The notes under the pieces were generated by a model. That model was not told where the DNA came from and did not search any database. It saw nothing but the letters and a program-made list of their open reading frames with translations. Made by a program: the position numbers and the translations under genes. A stretch of 63,838 nucleotides of DNA, filler included, from Olpidium bornovanus S191 (Eukaryota > Fungi > Olpidiomycota), in the NCBI GenBank assembly GCA_017911155.1. It is 30 parts of 30 records of this genome, joined end to end, with 100 filler letters (N's around TTAATTAATTAA, not from the genome) between each part and the next. Parts side by side here need not be neighbours in the genome. Positions count along the whole stretch, not along the records: positions 1 to 1,544 come from JAEFCI010006985.1; positions 1,645 to 3,379 come from JAEFCI010005308.1; positions 3,480 to 5,133 come from JAEFCI010000653.1; positions 5,234 to 8,752 come from JAEFCI010001911.1; positions 8,853 to 10,565 come from JAEFCI010008839.1; positions 10,666 to 13,021 come from JAEFCI010006405.1; 24 more parts are not named here. The stretch is one strand, 5' to 3'. Of the stretch, positions 1 through 12,099 are shown one piece after another. Positions within the stretch are counted from its first letter, which is position 1; the number at the start of each line of letters is the position of its first letter.

Positions 1-2
1 AG

Positions 3-707
3 GCCGCCCTCGCGGCGGCGGAGGCCGGAGCGGATTTTATTGGCATGATATTTGCCGAGTCGAAGCGAAAGGTCAGCGAGGCCGCGGCGGCGGAGATCGT
101 GGCGGCGGTGCGGCCCATGTTCGGCCGGCCCGCGGAAGACGGCGGCGACGACGACGAGGAGGACTGGTTCCGCTACCACGCGGCCCAGTCGGCGCGGGCG
201 CCGAAGCCGCTGCTGGTCGGCGTGTTCCAAAACCAGCCGGCGTCCCGCGTCGCCTCGATCGCGCGCCGGCTGCGGCTGGACCTGATCCAGCTGCACGGCG
301 ACGAGGAGCCCGAGTTCGTCCGCCTGCTGCCGGCCCCGTGCATCAAAGCGTTCTCAGTTGACGCGGGCGCGGCGCCCGACGCCGCCGCCTCCGCCGAGTT
401 CGCGAGGGCGCGGCAGCCCGGGCACCACGCCCACGTGCTCTTGGACGCGCACGCGGGGCCCGGCGGCGCCAAGGGCGGCGGCGGCGTGTTGTTCGACCCG
501 GGCCTCGCGGCCCGCTTCTCTGCTTCCGGGGTCCCCTTCATCCTCGCCGGCGGCCTCACGCCCGCCACGGTCGGCGCGGCGGTCGCCGCCGCGCGCCCGT
601 GGGCCGTCGACGTGAGCAGCGGGGTCGAGACGGACGGGGAGAAAGACCCCGAGAAGATCAGGGAATTCGTCCGCGCGGCGAAGGCGGCGTGCCCGCGGAG
701 ATGTTAG
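3..707 (+). CDS. TRP1: Phosphoribosylanthranilate isomerase (PRAI/TrpF) domain, likely the C-terminus of fungal trifunctional TrpC/Trp1 (5' truncated)
   Basis: The frame is open from the window start (AALAAAEAGADFIGMIF). It has the motifs LLVGVFQNQP, QLHGDE, LLDA..GG.G..FD, FILAGGLTP and AVDVSSGVETDG.KDPEKIREFV. The insert before LLVGVFQNQ is typical of fungal TrpC. Confidence 0.95.
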   Translation, partial: AALAAAEAGADFIGMIFAESKRKVSEAAAAEIVAAVRPMFGRPAEDGGDDDEEDWFRYHAAQSARAPKPLLVGVFQNQPASRVASIARRLRLDLIQLHGDEEPEFVRLLPAPCIKAFSVDAGAAPDAAASAEFARARQPGHHAHVLLDAHAGPGGAKGGGGVLFDPGLAARFSASGVPFILAGGLTPATVGAAVAAARPWAVDVSSGVETDGEKDPEKIREFVRAAKAACPRRC

Positions 708-1544
708 CAAAGGCGGACCGGCGGGAGAGGGGGGGAGATCCGCGGGGGCTGGGATCTTGGACGCGCGTTAAAAAAAATCGGGGGGGGGGGGGTGTAATAA
801 CAACCCCCCCTTCCCCATCCCCCCCCCACCTCCCAAAAAAAAAAGAGATGCGGGTGGTCTGCCTCATTGTCGCAACGCGACGGTCGACCCCGGGAGACGC
901 GACGGGCACAGGACTCTTTTTATCGGGCGTAGAATTTGCCGCGAGAGGCCTTTTCTCTTTTTGCCCCCCTCCGCGTTCCCCGCACAAGGGTCCGAGCGCC
1001 GGTCGGTCTAAAATAATTTCCGCCCTCTCTTCTCCGGGCCCCCGGCGGCGCCTGAGAAGAACCCCTGCAAGTCCCTTTGACACTGGATTTATTTTGGAGG
1101 ATGTGGTTAGGCTAGATACAGATATCGCCGCATTACCCTCCCCTCTGCAGAAAGCGGGGATATGGGTAAGGGGGAGGAGTGGCGGGGATGGAAAGAGGTG
1201 GGTAAGATGTAGCGCTAATCTGGCCGGCCGAAGACGAGGTTGAGGAAGGGACACTATTTGCGGAAGCGGGTATGTATAGTGTGGTAGTAGAACGGGAGCG
1301 CCCGGCGGGTTTGGGTGTTTGGCTGCGGTTCTGGACTGGGCGCGGTGGCACGCCGAAAGCGTTCGGGCAGCGCCGTCGACGGGTCAGCCACGAACTTAAG
1401 GTGCGAGGGGGCGAAACGGCGGTTCATGACTTATTCCGAGCACGTGTTGAGGATGATGTAGGAGCACACGCTGTTTTGCAGATGATGTGCCCCGGGCTCT
1501 GGGAGATCTGCTGCTGCCTGTTGGAGCGGGTGGCGTTCTGCCAC

Positions 1545-1644
1545 NNNNNNNNNNNNNNNNNNNNNNNNNNNNNNNNNNNNNNNNNNNNTTAATTAATTAA
1601 NNNNNNNNNNNNNNNNNNNNNNNNNNNNNNNNNNNNNNNNNNNN
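1545..1644. other. Artificial contig linker (44 N + TTAATTAATTAA + 44 N); first of 29 in the window
   Basis: The same cassette, with stops in all six frames, recurs with its 12-mer at about 1589, 3424, 5178, 8797, 10610, 13066, 14812, 16317, 19491, 21008, 24319, 26263, 28959, 30070, 33346, 35726, 37269, 40273, 42515, 43926, 46015, 48112, 49907, 51802, 52969, 54517, 57869, 61519 and 62645. Confidence 0.99.
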
Positions 1645-1815
1645 CATGCGCCCGCCCCACCGCCACCACTACCACCCGCCATCCCCAGAGTAACAACCTC
1701 ACCGCAACAGATCTCCTTTTTCTTTTTTTATTTTTTCGTTTTTACTTAAAGCATAAATATGTTTGTATATCGATATAACGTTCCTTGATTTATATTTGGT
1801 AAATGGCATCTTTAT

Positions 1816-2311
1816 TCCTGCGTTCCAATCCAGCTCTGTCTTCAAAGATCCGATGCTGGCACCCGTATCATCCTCGCCCAGCCTCTCGAGGGTGCAGGCA
1901 ACTTGTAGGTCAATAGGTGTCTGCTCGTACTCATTCTGGTTGCCGGACACCTCGTTCAGAGCACGGAGTTCGCGGAATGCGATCGAGGCTTCTTCAGGAC
2001 TATGCCGACATGTTGGCGTAGGTCTTGTTCGGGGCGGGGGACGAAGATCTGCTCCCACGTAGGCACTTCTTGCCCTGAGGGCGCGAGAGCGCGGGAGAAC
2101 ATAGCGGCGGGAGGCGACGCGGCAATAGAGGTCAAGAAGGTCATTGCTCTTTTGGCCGCGCAGAAACCGTTCATCTTCGGTGACCTGTCTGTACGGCGCG
2201 TGTCCCTTGAGAATGGCGAGGTCAAGAAGCGATTTCTTTTACTTCAACGGCGTCCGCATACTCGGCCGCTATTACCTTGAGCCGCTTCACCTTCTCTGAC
2301 AGGTATGGCAT
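1816..2311 (-). mobile_element. Degenerate PIF/Harbinger-type transposase, N-terminal part
   Basis: MPYLSEKVKRL... frameshifts into LLDLYCRVASRRYVLPRS...EQTPIDLQVACTLERLGEDDTGASIGSL. This resembles the fungal Harbinger pattern L...I.S.RY...Q.PV..QLAV.LERLG..GNGASVG. The frame decays before any DDE core. Confidence 0.65.
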
Positions 2312-2589
2312 GAATCTAGTTGTCTCACTAAAATATATATGCTTACTGATCGCTATACCTCTTAGTTAAGGTGTAATGCCCACTTTATAGGAGATACATA
2401 ACCACCTCGTTCTTGTCTGAAGCTGGAGTTCCGCGCGCGGGCGCTTCATAAAAATTTAAAAATTTCATAAAGATTTCGATGTTCACCTCCGACCCCCTCC
2501 CTATCCCACCCGATCGCTTAGATAAAAAATTTTCTGATAGAAAAGATATTCGAATCTTGGGTTTTAATATTCCGTATTGTCGTTTTGTA

Positions 2590-2629
2590 CCCTAACCTAA
2601 TCCCACCCTAACCCTAACCCTAACCCTAA
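2590..2629. repeat. Interstitial telomere-like (CCCTAA)n repeat
   Basis: Four perfect CCCTAA copies at 2606-2629, preceded by degenerate copies, internal to the contig. Confidence 0.85.
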
Positions 2630-3479
2630 GTACATTATAGATTATGGATCCATTCGCTCAACTTTAGAATGCGAAAAACTCGAGGAAAAACAATCCCTCG
2701 CTCCAAAAAATTAACTAAAAAAGAAACGCAAGAAACTTGCTCGTCCTCAGGGTTTAAAGAAAGACGCGCGTTTTTCTATTGCACACAATCGAACGGAGAT
2801 CGGACAAGTCTCCCCCGGAAGGGCATCATCCCCTGGTCACGCACACCGGTTTCAGACGTTCACGGCCCTACCAATTGGCAGGAAAAAATTCTAGACTATC
2901 GGAGCAAAAAAAAACCGATGTGAAGGTATGTTACAGGAGAAAACTCGCAAAACCGCCACGCGGTTAAAGGGGAAGGGGAAGAGGAAGAAGGGGTGGTGGG
3001 GGGGGGGGAGAAGTAAGAGAGAGATAAGGCAAACTATGTTACAAAACAAAAAGGGAACTACCAACAAAAATGAGCAGCGGGTATATCCGCCGGGCACGGG
3101 CTTCATAGGACCGGCCCGCCTTTAAATACGGTCTATGACGGGAGCGAAAAAGAAATCAAGAACAGAAGACAGGCCGTGTCGATCGCTGAAACAAAACTGG
3201 GTGGCTGAAAACTGGGCGAGGGGAGGCGGGAGGGGGAGGAGGGGCGGGAGTTGAAATCTGGGCGGGAGTTCGAGAAACAGAAGGGAGGAACGGGCGGGCG
3301 GGGAGGGTGGGGGGGGGGGGGGGGGGGCGGGAGTGATGGAAATGAGACAGGCACCTGGAAAGGGGACTCCCATGAAAAANNNNNNNNNNNNNNNNNNNNN
3401 NNNNNNNNNNNNNNNNNNNNNNNTTAATTAATTAANNNNNNNNNNNNNNNNNNNNNNNNNNNNNNNNNNNNNNNNNNNN

Positions 3480-3842
3480 CATGTCCGCGCTATATTCCCT
3501 CTGGGGTGAGTTTTTGTTCTTTCTTTTTGTTTGCGTTTAAGTGGGGTAAGGAAGAGTTTGGAGAAGGTTTCGCTATAGCACGGTTTCGCTTTCCGAAATC
3601 CCTTACCTTTTCTTTCCACCCCGGCCTCTCGCGCCACAAAAAAAAAAATTCCGTCAGACATAATCGAAGACTTGGTCCTCCGAAAGGCGCACGGCTCGGA
3701 CGCCGTGCAGTACGCGCGCGTGTTCGGCGGCTGGGCGAAATGCTGGGGCTCCGTGTGGTTCGTCATCTCCCTGTTCTTCGTCGGCGTGGCCATCATCTGC
3801 GCCCTCGTCGTCTTCCGCGAGCCGCCGCCGGCAGTGTCGTGA
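3480..3842 (+). CDS. Terminal exons of a hypothetical membrane protein
   Basis: GTGAGT donor near 3505. After a CAG acceptor the frame reads YARVFGGWAKCWGSVWFVISLFFVGVAIICALVVFREPPPAVS*, with one strong hydrophobic helix. Family not recognised. Confidence 0.35.
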
Positions 3843-4130
3843 GAGGACGGAGAAGGGAAAAACGCTCGGGAGCCGCCAGCCCTCTCTTCTTCCGAGGATA
3901 TTTGCGGAGCCGGACCTCGCCCGCTTTTTTTTTTTTTTCCTGTGCTCTTCTCCGCAACGCGGTTTGGGAGCTTACAATCTTCGCGCGTCACGGACGGAGA
4001 ACGGAAAAATTCTCGCTCGCCGCCCGCCCTCTTTCCTCCCGAGGATAATTGCGGAAGCGGACCTCCCCGCTTTTTTATTTGTGCTTTTTCTCCGCAACGC
4101 GCTTTGGAAGCTTCCGATCTTCCCGCGTCA
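3843..4130. repeat. Imperfect tandem duplication, 2 x ~145 bp
   Basis: Both units contain ggacggagaa..ggaaaaa..ccgaggata.ttgcgga.cggacctc..cgcttttt..ttctccgcaacgcg.tttgg.agctt...atctt..cgcgtca. Confidence 0.8.
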
Positions 4131-4684
4131 CCGCTTACTCAGAGCGAATAGCGACCGTCGCCCGCGGCTTCACCGCCTCCGAAGCACGACAACCGGCTTG
4201 TGCCTCTAGACCCCTCCGTGAGTTTTGGTTCCGGCCCCGCCATTTTTTTTTTTGGACGTTTCAATTTACATAGAGGCAGTGCATTTTTTAAACGCCAATT
4301 ACCTCGTCACAAGAACACCCGGACACTATCTAAGAAGGGAAAAAATGGAATTAACGTAGAATACCCCTACGCTGTCTTGCTCTTGTTCTCTCCGGGGGTC
4401 GTAAGGCGTCCCGAACTCTCGCCCTTGCAAACGCTGCATTTCCCGAACCCCCCCACCTGGCCCCTTTTTCCTCCTCCTCCGCCTTCTCCGCCGGGGTTGG
4501 CGTGAATCGCCGTTTCCCGCCGCCTATTTTTGCTTTCACGCGGCCCGACCAAAAGAAAAAGAGTGCTTGGCAGGCGTTTCAAAAGCACGCGGAGGCGGGG
4601 GGAGGGGGGGGAGGGGATTGAGAGAGAGAACCAAGGTGTTAAAGCTCCCCACTCTGCTCACAACTCTCTCTCGCTCTCTTTCCG

Positions 4685-5077
4685 TTATTGGGCTGAGGAC
4701 ATCATATTTCTTAGCGCCAGCTGCAAGTCGTTACACGCTCCCCTCAGCCGCCGCTCGGCGACTTCTTTCGAAACGTCCATCTCCGTCACCTTTTTTTATC
4801 GAACAGAGGAAACGAAAAAAAAGAATGAAAAAAGTCAGGAATCAACACAACCCCCCAGGCCCGCAGTTGCGAACAGATAGAGAAGGGCAGGGGGGCAGGC
4901 CCCGCCGGTAACCGTCCGTTTCAGACCACCGACAGGCCTACCACCCGCTTCCCCTCCCCCTCCCCCCCCCATACGCCCGTCAAATAAGATTTCTTTTTTT
5001 TTACCAGCAGCTCCACGTCCTCCTTCTGCAGCGGGATCTTCTCCACCGGCGGCATCCCCGCGAGTTTGGCTTTGAGT
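4685..5077 (-). CDS. HYPK: HYPK-like protein (NatA-associated, C-terminal UBA-like domain), last two exons
   Basis: Exons 5077-5005 and 4789-4685 (GT-AG) join to LKAKLAGMPPVEKIPLQKEDVELL|VTEMDVSKEVAERRLRGACNDLQLALRNMMSSAQ*, matching the HYPK pattern IKKEDLELIMTEMEISRAAAERSLRE. Confidence 0.8.
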
Positions 5078-5579
5078 CTGCAAGAAGGGAAAAAAAAAAT
5101 TAAAACAGAACCGAAGAATTTGTATGGACAGGGNNNNNNNNNNNNNNNNNNNNNNNNNNNNNNNNNNNNNNNNNNNNTTAATTAATTAANNNNNNNNNNN
5201 NNNNNNNNNNNNNNNNNNNNNNNNNNNNNNNNNCACTGCCCGTGGAAGTAAAAGTCCTTCACGCTTGCCCTCCCCCCCCCTCCCCCCCGGGGGAAGAGGG
5301 GGAATGGGTGTGCACCTCTCGATCGTACATTAGAGGGTCTGTTTTTCCCCCGGCCCTTCCGCTCTGGGGGGGGGGGGGGGGGGGGGGGGAGGAGGCACAT
5401 TCCCGGTGCCAAGTCTCTAAAAAGCGGAGGTTACCGTGTGGATCCGAGGGATTGACGTTGTTCCGACTGACGCCTGACCGTAAGGGTTCCGGGGTGATGA
5501 CATGTGGGCGCATTTCACGTTGAACATCCCAAAAATCCCCTCTTCCCCCACCCCCTCCCCACCTTGGCATCGATGCCAC

Positions 5580-5613
<34 letters not shown>

Positions 5614-7177
5614 ACGGGAACTGCCGCCGCGGCGTTTTTTTTTTTTTTTGTCAAAAAGTCGCGTACGAGCGAGCAGGCGTCGGAACCTTACCCATAACGC
5701 CGGACAAAAAAAAAAAAAAAAAAAAAAAAAACAAACCAGAAGGCCCTCCATTCTCGTGGAGGACGGAGAACCACCAGTCCGCTTTCGCGATTGCGCCGGA
5801 GCATCCGGCGTGAAAGCGGGCCGGGGATTGCGGGGTGGCCGATTTTGGCCGGCAGACTCTTTGCCGGATCATCTCGAACCGATCAAGAGAAATCGCGCAG
5901 AAGATGTGCGAGGACGACGGCCAGGACCGCCGGTCGTCCAGAGGGCGAAGAAAGATATGATGCCCAAAGCGTGGAATGAAGGTGCCCCAGGACCGCCGCC
6001 GCCGGAGGGTTGCCGAGTCCAACGCCGGTGGGGATGACAGGAGCGACAGGGGGCAAAGGGCGGAAGCACCGGGGTGGTAAACCTTGCATCTTCTTTTTCA
6101 GAGAAGAAGTAATTTCCCGCAGCATTGATACGCATAGGACTAGCACGGGTTTTTTCTAATTCTGATAATTTTTTTTTCACGTGCGCGGATTATTTCCGTT
6201 TGGCGGATAATCAGTCTCTCTCTCTCTCTCTCTTTTTTTTTTTTTTTTTCTCTTGTATTGGCGTCTGCCTGGGAAATGGGGAGGGTGCGTGCGGGGTATG
6301 TGCTGTTCTGTTTTTTTCGATGGCACTGCAATCCACAGGGGGGCAACCTCCCCCTCCGGCCCCCACCCAACACCGCCTTTCGGATCCCTCCGCCGGTTGC
6401 CAAACTCGGGGCAACCCCGTTGCCATAGCGAACAGTCGGAAAGTCGCCGGGGGGAGGGAAGGGCGGAGAGGGTGTTGCTGTCCGGCCGCCCGGCAGCGGA
6501 CCCGTCCCACCCACACCCCCCCCCCACCCAACTCGCGTTTGGGGTCAGGACCGACTCGCGGTCCAGAGAGGGTGGTGGTGGGACATATGTCGGGCGGGAG
6601 ACCCAGGGCGCGGCGGCGGACTTCGCTCGCCCCTCGCCGGCGTCTGCGGGAGACCCCGAGATGCCATCCTAACTTCCACACGTTGAACGGGCAGAGATAG
6701 AAAAAATGTGCTCTAAGAAAATTTTTTTGGGGGGCCTGATCGCGAAATAGTACAGTGCCACCCCCCCCCCCTCTCTCTCTCGATCTCTCTCTCTTTCTCG
6801 ATCTCTAAAAAAAAGGAAAAACAAAAGGCTTAAAACGGGGAAGGGGGCCCCGCGCGCGGGCCAAGGGAAAAACGGGGAATTTTAAAATGAAAAAGAAAAC
6901 GGGGAGCCAAAAAAAAAAAAAAAAAAGCCCACGAGGCAAAGAGGGTCGGAGAGAAAAAAAGAAAGGGGAAAAGAAAATGGCCGGACAATGCTTTAAAACT
7001 TGCAGAGCAGGAAGTGGTAGGGCTGGGGTGGGTGGGTGTGTGTGGGTGGGGAAAGTGGACGTTGCGGAGCTGTTTGGCATGCGGATGTTCTTTTCTGTGT
7101 ACTTTGGGAGAGTTGGGGGTGAAGGGTTGGAAGAGAAGGGGTGGGTGGTCGGAGTCCTTCTCTCGTTTTTCTTTTTT

Positions 7178-8660
7178 CTATCTCCTCCGGCCGGACACCA
7201 CCGCCGGCAACGGGGAGCAGCCGTAAGGCTGACGCCTGTGCATGAGGCGTTGAAAATTCAGGTGCGGTTCCAGGACCGCGGCCCCCGGCCGCTGCACCTG
7301 CTGCGCCGGCGGCGAAGGCGGGAGGGCGGGGGGCTGGGGCTGAGAATGCTTCGTCGTTGTCGTCCACGGAGGCTGCTGCTGCTGCTTCGCCCGATGGTTT
7401 CCTTCGCGCGGAGGCGTGCGCGGGCGGGACCGCGCCTTCTGCCAGGCGCCCCCGCCGTTGGCACAAACCGAGGCGGACGAGCACGAGGACGACGACGGCG
7501 TCGAAGTCGGCCCCTGCGCGGCGTAGGTCGACGCGGGGCAGTCCGCGAGCGTGTAGAAGAGGAGGTACGCTTCTTGGGAGGCTTTCGTCCCGCAGACGGA
7601 AGCAACGTCGGTCTTGGACACGTGCCCGTCGTCCAGCACGGACCACGCGCCGTGGTCCTGCACGGCGCAGGGGTAGTGGCCCGTGCTGAGCGTACTTCCG
7701 TGGTGGAATACGACTGGTGATAACCAAGACAATATTGCCCCAGAGAAATCAGAACAAAGGGCTACGAATCTTCTCCCCCAAAAATCCCCCCTCCCGCTGT
7801 GGCTCTGCGACAGCGGACGCAGCCCTAAAGCACGCCGGCCCAACGTCATTCTCTCCAAAAAAAGCCTTACCGGCGGTTAGGACGTAGGTTCGCGACCGTG
7901 GGCTCCCGGCGGCAGCAGGCGTCAGCGCACTCTTCACATTCTGCACCGGCGGATAACGGAAAGGCTTCGTGTTCTTCATGTAGCCCCCTTCCGGCGTGTA
8001 CATGAACCTCTTTAGTTGGAGAACCAGGACAGGGGGAGCCTGATCAATCAACACTTGTTTTTGGGCTTGCACCTGTCCCGCAAACCCCGGTCAGCGACAG
8101 GGCCAGGTTCACGATAAAGAGCAATAAGGGGAAACGAGAAACGCCGTTGGCTGCTGTACCTTTGCGTGCTTGACGGTGTAGTTGTCGATGATCTCAGGTT
8201 GAGTGAGGATGCGCAGCGCATCGTCTACGCTGTTGACGCCGTCCATCTACACCGCGTGCAGTTAACCGCAAGCGGCAAACAAAAAAAACACCTTAGCACG
8301 GGCTTTTCTAAAGAACGGCACCGCCCGAAACATCGTCAAAGTAGCACAGGAATCAGCGATCGACGGTCTGCGTACGGTAACGTCCAGCTGGAGCGTCTGG
8401 AACGGTTCAAACGTGACGGAATCCTTCTGCCCCGCGGCCTTCAACGTGCTGCGGAAGACCCCGCCAAATATTCTGGTGATCGGGCTGTCCTTGGACTCCG
8501 TCTTGAGGCGTCGGCAGCGAGGCACCGGGAACGGCAAATCGAAGAACATCGGAGGCGGCCCTCCAAAGTCAGATTGCTGCAGACGGATACGTTTTGCAAG
8601 ACAGCTATACTGCTAATAGGCGACAACCCCCACGCGGCGATAAAAGGGGCAAACGACATA
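7178..8660 (-). CDS. UBP3: Ubiquitin-specific protease (C19), Ubp3/USP10-like, C-terminal multi-exon fragment
   Basis: SPITRIFGGVFRSTL..AGQKDSVTFEPFQTLQLDV; KQVLIDQAPPVLVLQLKRF; His box VFHHG...GHY...W..LDD..V...AYLLFY. Confidence 0.85.
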
Positions 8661-8855
8661 CCCTTCGCGTGGTGGAGACCTTGTTCTTCGGGCCGACTTC
8701 GACCCACTCTTCACCTCCTAACTCCTGCGGCTTTCCGTTCGCATCGGCATGANNNNNNNNNNNNNNNNNNNNNNNNNNNNNNNNNNNNNNNNNNNNTTAA
8801 TTAATTAANNNNNNNNNNNNNNNNNNNNNNNNNNNNNNNNNNNNNNNNNNNNCAT

Positions 8856-8996
8856 GCATATTTACGTCAGGAGGCACCTCGTGCGCGAGAAAGTCAAGCG
8901 CGGGACCATCGCCATCGAGGACACATTGACTGCGGACATTCTCACAAAGTCGCTCAACTAGACTCTGCTGCAACGCCATTGTCAAGGGGTGGGCCT
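8856..8996 (+). mobile_element. Degenerate Ty1/Copia RNase H C-terminus
   Basis: HIYVRRHLVREKVKRGTIAIEDTLTADILTKSLN*TLLQRHCQGVGL matches the Copia pattern HIDIRYHFIREKV..G.I.....LADILTK.L; one internal stop. Confidence 0.8.
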
Positions 8997-9299
8997 CGGC
9001 TTGGAGAGCCTTACCGCGGATGCCACGCAGTATCCGACTGGATTGATCGCTCGCATCGTGTGGGGGTGTTGGCAATGTTGTGTTGCGCTGTGTAATAGGA
9101 AGTTTTTGTACTGTGTGTTCCCCAGCATTTTTTATTAACCGCCCACACTCGTCACTCCCAACGAAATAAAGCAAAACCTATAACAAAACCTCGGGCTAGC
9201 GACAAGCTGCCTTGTGGGTCCTTGCGCCGGGGTCGATTCCAGGAAAAGAAATAAGATGGAGAACAGCACACGGTTCGAACTCGCCCCGTTCGCCATGAT

Positions 9300-10560
9300 C
9301 CGAAGAATCATTTCGCACGGCGACCCGAACGCGGGTGCTCTATAAAGGGTGTACGGCACATTTGAAAGGGAAAGACACGCCAATGCGCCCACATTTATGG
9401 GGGGTTATTTCGAGCATCAGAATAAGAACAAAAGCCGGCCACACAGTGGGAACCGAGAAAGTGAACGGGCATTTCCAGTTCATGTCCGGCAAAAGTGCAC
9501 GACAATCAGCGGCTTGAACGCGAAACTACAGTCCCCCGGGCCAAAACGGGCAGCTTTCTCCGTCCTGCAAGATTTATTTGTCTATAACCCTTCTCAAAAA
9601 TCGCTCCAATCGAAGATCGGCTTCTTCTCCAGGCCAACGAACAGGTCGAGGTGCTCGGTGAAGGTGACCATTTTCGCCAGCGCCCGCGAGGGCGGGACGA
9701 CAATACCGTCCGCGCTGCGGAAGACCAGGTGCTTTCCTGGCGGTACGGAGATCTCCGGCAGGTTGGCACCCTCCAAGATGTCGTCCAGCGTCGTCTCGTC
9801 TGTCACCAGAGTGGGGTCGACATATGATTTGCCCGGATTCCGCCCGAACCGGATGCCGACCGAACGGAGGCGAATGGCTATAGAAAAAAAAAAAAACGCG
9901 GACTGGCATCAGGAGAAGAGCCACACCCCCGCGTCTGCGGGTCCTCCGCGGGAAACGCGTGTTAGCGATGTAGGAATTAGAGACAGCAAACCCACTCTTG
10001 TCCGATGGCCTTAACAGGCACACCTTGATGGGTGTGTTGAGGTGGCGCGTCATGTGCAGATCTCGCACTGCTTTTCGCGCGCCATCCGCGTCCAGCATGG
10101 CGACCAAAGCAAAGTTTTGTTCTAAACCGTCGTCGTGCTTGGGAAAGCTGCAGGCAACCACCGTTGCAACGCGCCCAAACAAGTCCGTGAGACCCCCCCG
10201 GGTGGCGTTAACGGGCAGCGGGTGGACGCGGATTACTTCGTGTTTTCAGACAGAGCAACCGCACGGTTAATTCATGCGTCATGGCGGTGTGCCGACGCGT
10301 TACGGCATGCGAAAGATGTATCAGTCCGCGGGTATATCTTTTATCAGAAAGTTAACGCAAACCGGTGGGTCAAAGACCCACAGTGCGGATGCCCGTAAAC
10401 CTCCGGGATCCCCTGCTCAATCCTGTCGGACATCCTGACGGATATCCTGTATTCGTGCCGAACGACTCCGTTGACGTTCTCTACGGCGAGCAGGGCGCCA
10501 GTTTCGGTAGCCATCGTAACGTAGGCAAACCCACGGCTGCAGCCGTGAATTTCGCGGGAA
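9300..10560 (-). CDS. Multi-RRM RNA-binding protein fragment (multi-exon, possible CCCH finger, apparent small indels)
   Basis: RNP1-like SRGFAYVTMATETGALLAVENVNG; a second RRM-like exon LTDLFGRVATVVACSFPK...NFALVAMLDADGARKAVRDLH; a further exon KSYVDPTLVTDETTLDDILEGANLPE. Confidence 0.55.
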
Positions 10561-10668
10561 ACATGNNNNNNNNNNNNNNNNNNNNNNNNNNNNNNNNNNN
10601 NNNNNNNNNTTAATTAATTAANNNNNNNNNNNNNNNNNNNNNNNNNNNNNNNNNNNNNNNNNNNNAAG

Positions 10669-10717
<49 letters not shown>

Positions 10718-10956
10718 AAGAAAAAGCGCGCGCGAGCGGAAAATTTTGTTCGCCGGCGGACTCCTCCTTTCCCGCGCCCCACTTCCGCCGTTTGCGGATT
10801 TTCGGAAAAACTCCGGTGGCCGGGCCGGGCGGGGCCGAGGAAATGGGGGCCCGGTCCGGCTGCCTGATATCGAACACCCCTGTTCCTTCTTTCGCCTAAA
10901 CCCCCCCCGCCCCCCCCCCCCCCAGGTCCGCCGCAGCGCTTTCACTGATCCGGGAC

Positions 10957-11982
10957 GTGGACGCGGGCGAGGCAGACGCCGACCGGGCGGACGCGGAAAA
11001 CGCGGGAGTCTCCTCGCCGGCGCCGGACTGGGATAGGATATGCGAAATGGTGCCCCGTCCTCTTGCCCGTCTTCTTCAACGCGCTTCTCCTCCCCTCCCT
11101 CCGTCGCCCTGCGCAAAACCGGATCCGCAGTTTCATTTGCCGGAGGATACGCGCGACCGGGCTGGGACGACGGGAATGGGGTTGGTGGGGAGGGAAGAAA
11201 AAATTTTTCTCAAGGTTTTTTTTCGGGTGGCCCCCCCCTTCGCTCTCCCGATCGTTCCCGAACGCCAGGTGATTAGGCGCAACTACCGGACGTGCCCGAT
11301 ATGCCTCGAGCTGCTCTTCAAACGGGCGACCGGGGTCACCGCGTGCGCGCGGGTCGCGCCGGCGCCGGGCCGGGTTCGCAGGCGAACGGCGCCGGGCGGA
11401 GCGGCGGCGGCGGCGGCGGCGGCATTCCGGACCCGCGGGCATCCCGACGCCGCCGCGGACCCCGGGAAGCGACGGAAGCCGCTGTCGGTCACGAGCTGTG
11501 CCCACTTGTGAGTGCGAGGGATAAGCAGAAGGAAAGGCAGAGGGGGGACCCGAGGAGGAGAGGTGCGGGGGGGGGGGGGGGGGGAAAGGGGAATGTCAAA
11601 AATCCTGGCCGGCTGCTCCATTTCCCGCCGTATTTCCCTGTTGGGATATGAAGGGTGGGGGAGTGGAGAGTGGTGGGCGGAAGCTCCAGAGCGCATTTCG
11701 AAAAAACGTCCCTCCCTCGCTCGATTTCGCCCCGCCCCGTCTTCCCCAATTCCTCTTTCCCCGGGCAGATTCCACGCCGCGTGCCTGCGCGCGTTCGAGA
11801 CGTTCGCGTGTTCGGAGGCCGGCGGCGGCGGCGGCGGAGAAGACGGGGCTGTCGGCGGCAGCCCCCCGCGGGGGACGACGCGCGCCGCTCCGAACCTGCG
11901 CTGCCCCGTCTGCCGCTTGGCGAATTACGAGACCTTGGACCTGGTGGGCCCCGCGGGGTCAGGAATGCAACATAAAAAATAA
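10957..11982 (+). CDS. RNF32: RNF32-like RING-H2 protein, C-terminal RING
   Basis: A phase-2 GT-AG intron at 11508-11768 joins RRNYRTCPICLELL...SCAH-L-FHAACLRAFETF...CPVCRLANYETLDL. This resembles the RNF32 pattern LLSCSHVFHKACLQAFEKF..CPLCR..YQ. Confidence 0.65.
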
Positions 11983-12099
11983 AAGAAAGACGCGCGCCCC
12001 AGGACGCGCCGTACATTATCCGTCATCCTGTAAACGCGTCGTTACGGTCGAAGCCAGGGGGGCTCCTGGGGGGGGGGCTATTGGGTTATGTCCTGCGGC

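Noticed and set aside
658-1544. ORFs downstream of TRP1 (658-1254, 1133-1351, 1272-1592)
   Set aside because: No recognisable motifs or consistent splice structure; not supportable as genes.
9215-9295. tRNA-like GGTTCGAAC...CCA
   Set aside because: No T-stem or acceptor-stem pairing; it probably lies in an exon of the minus-strand RRM gene.
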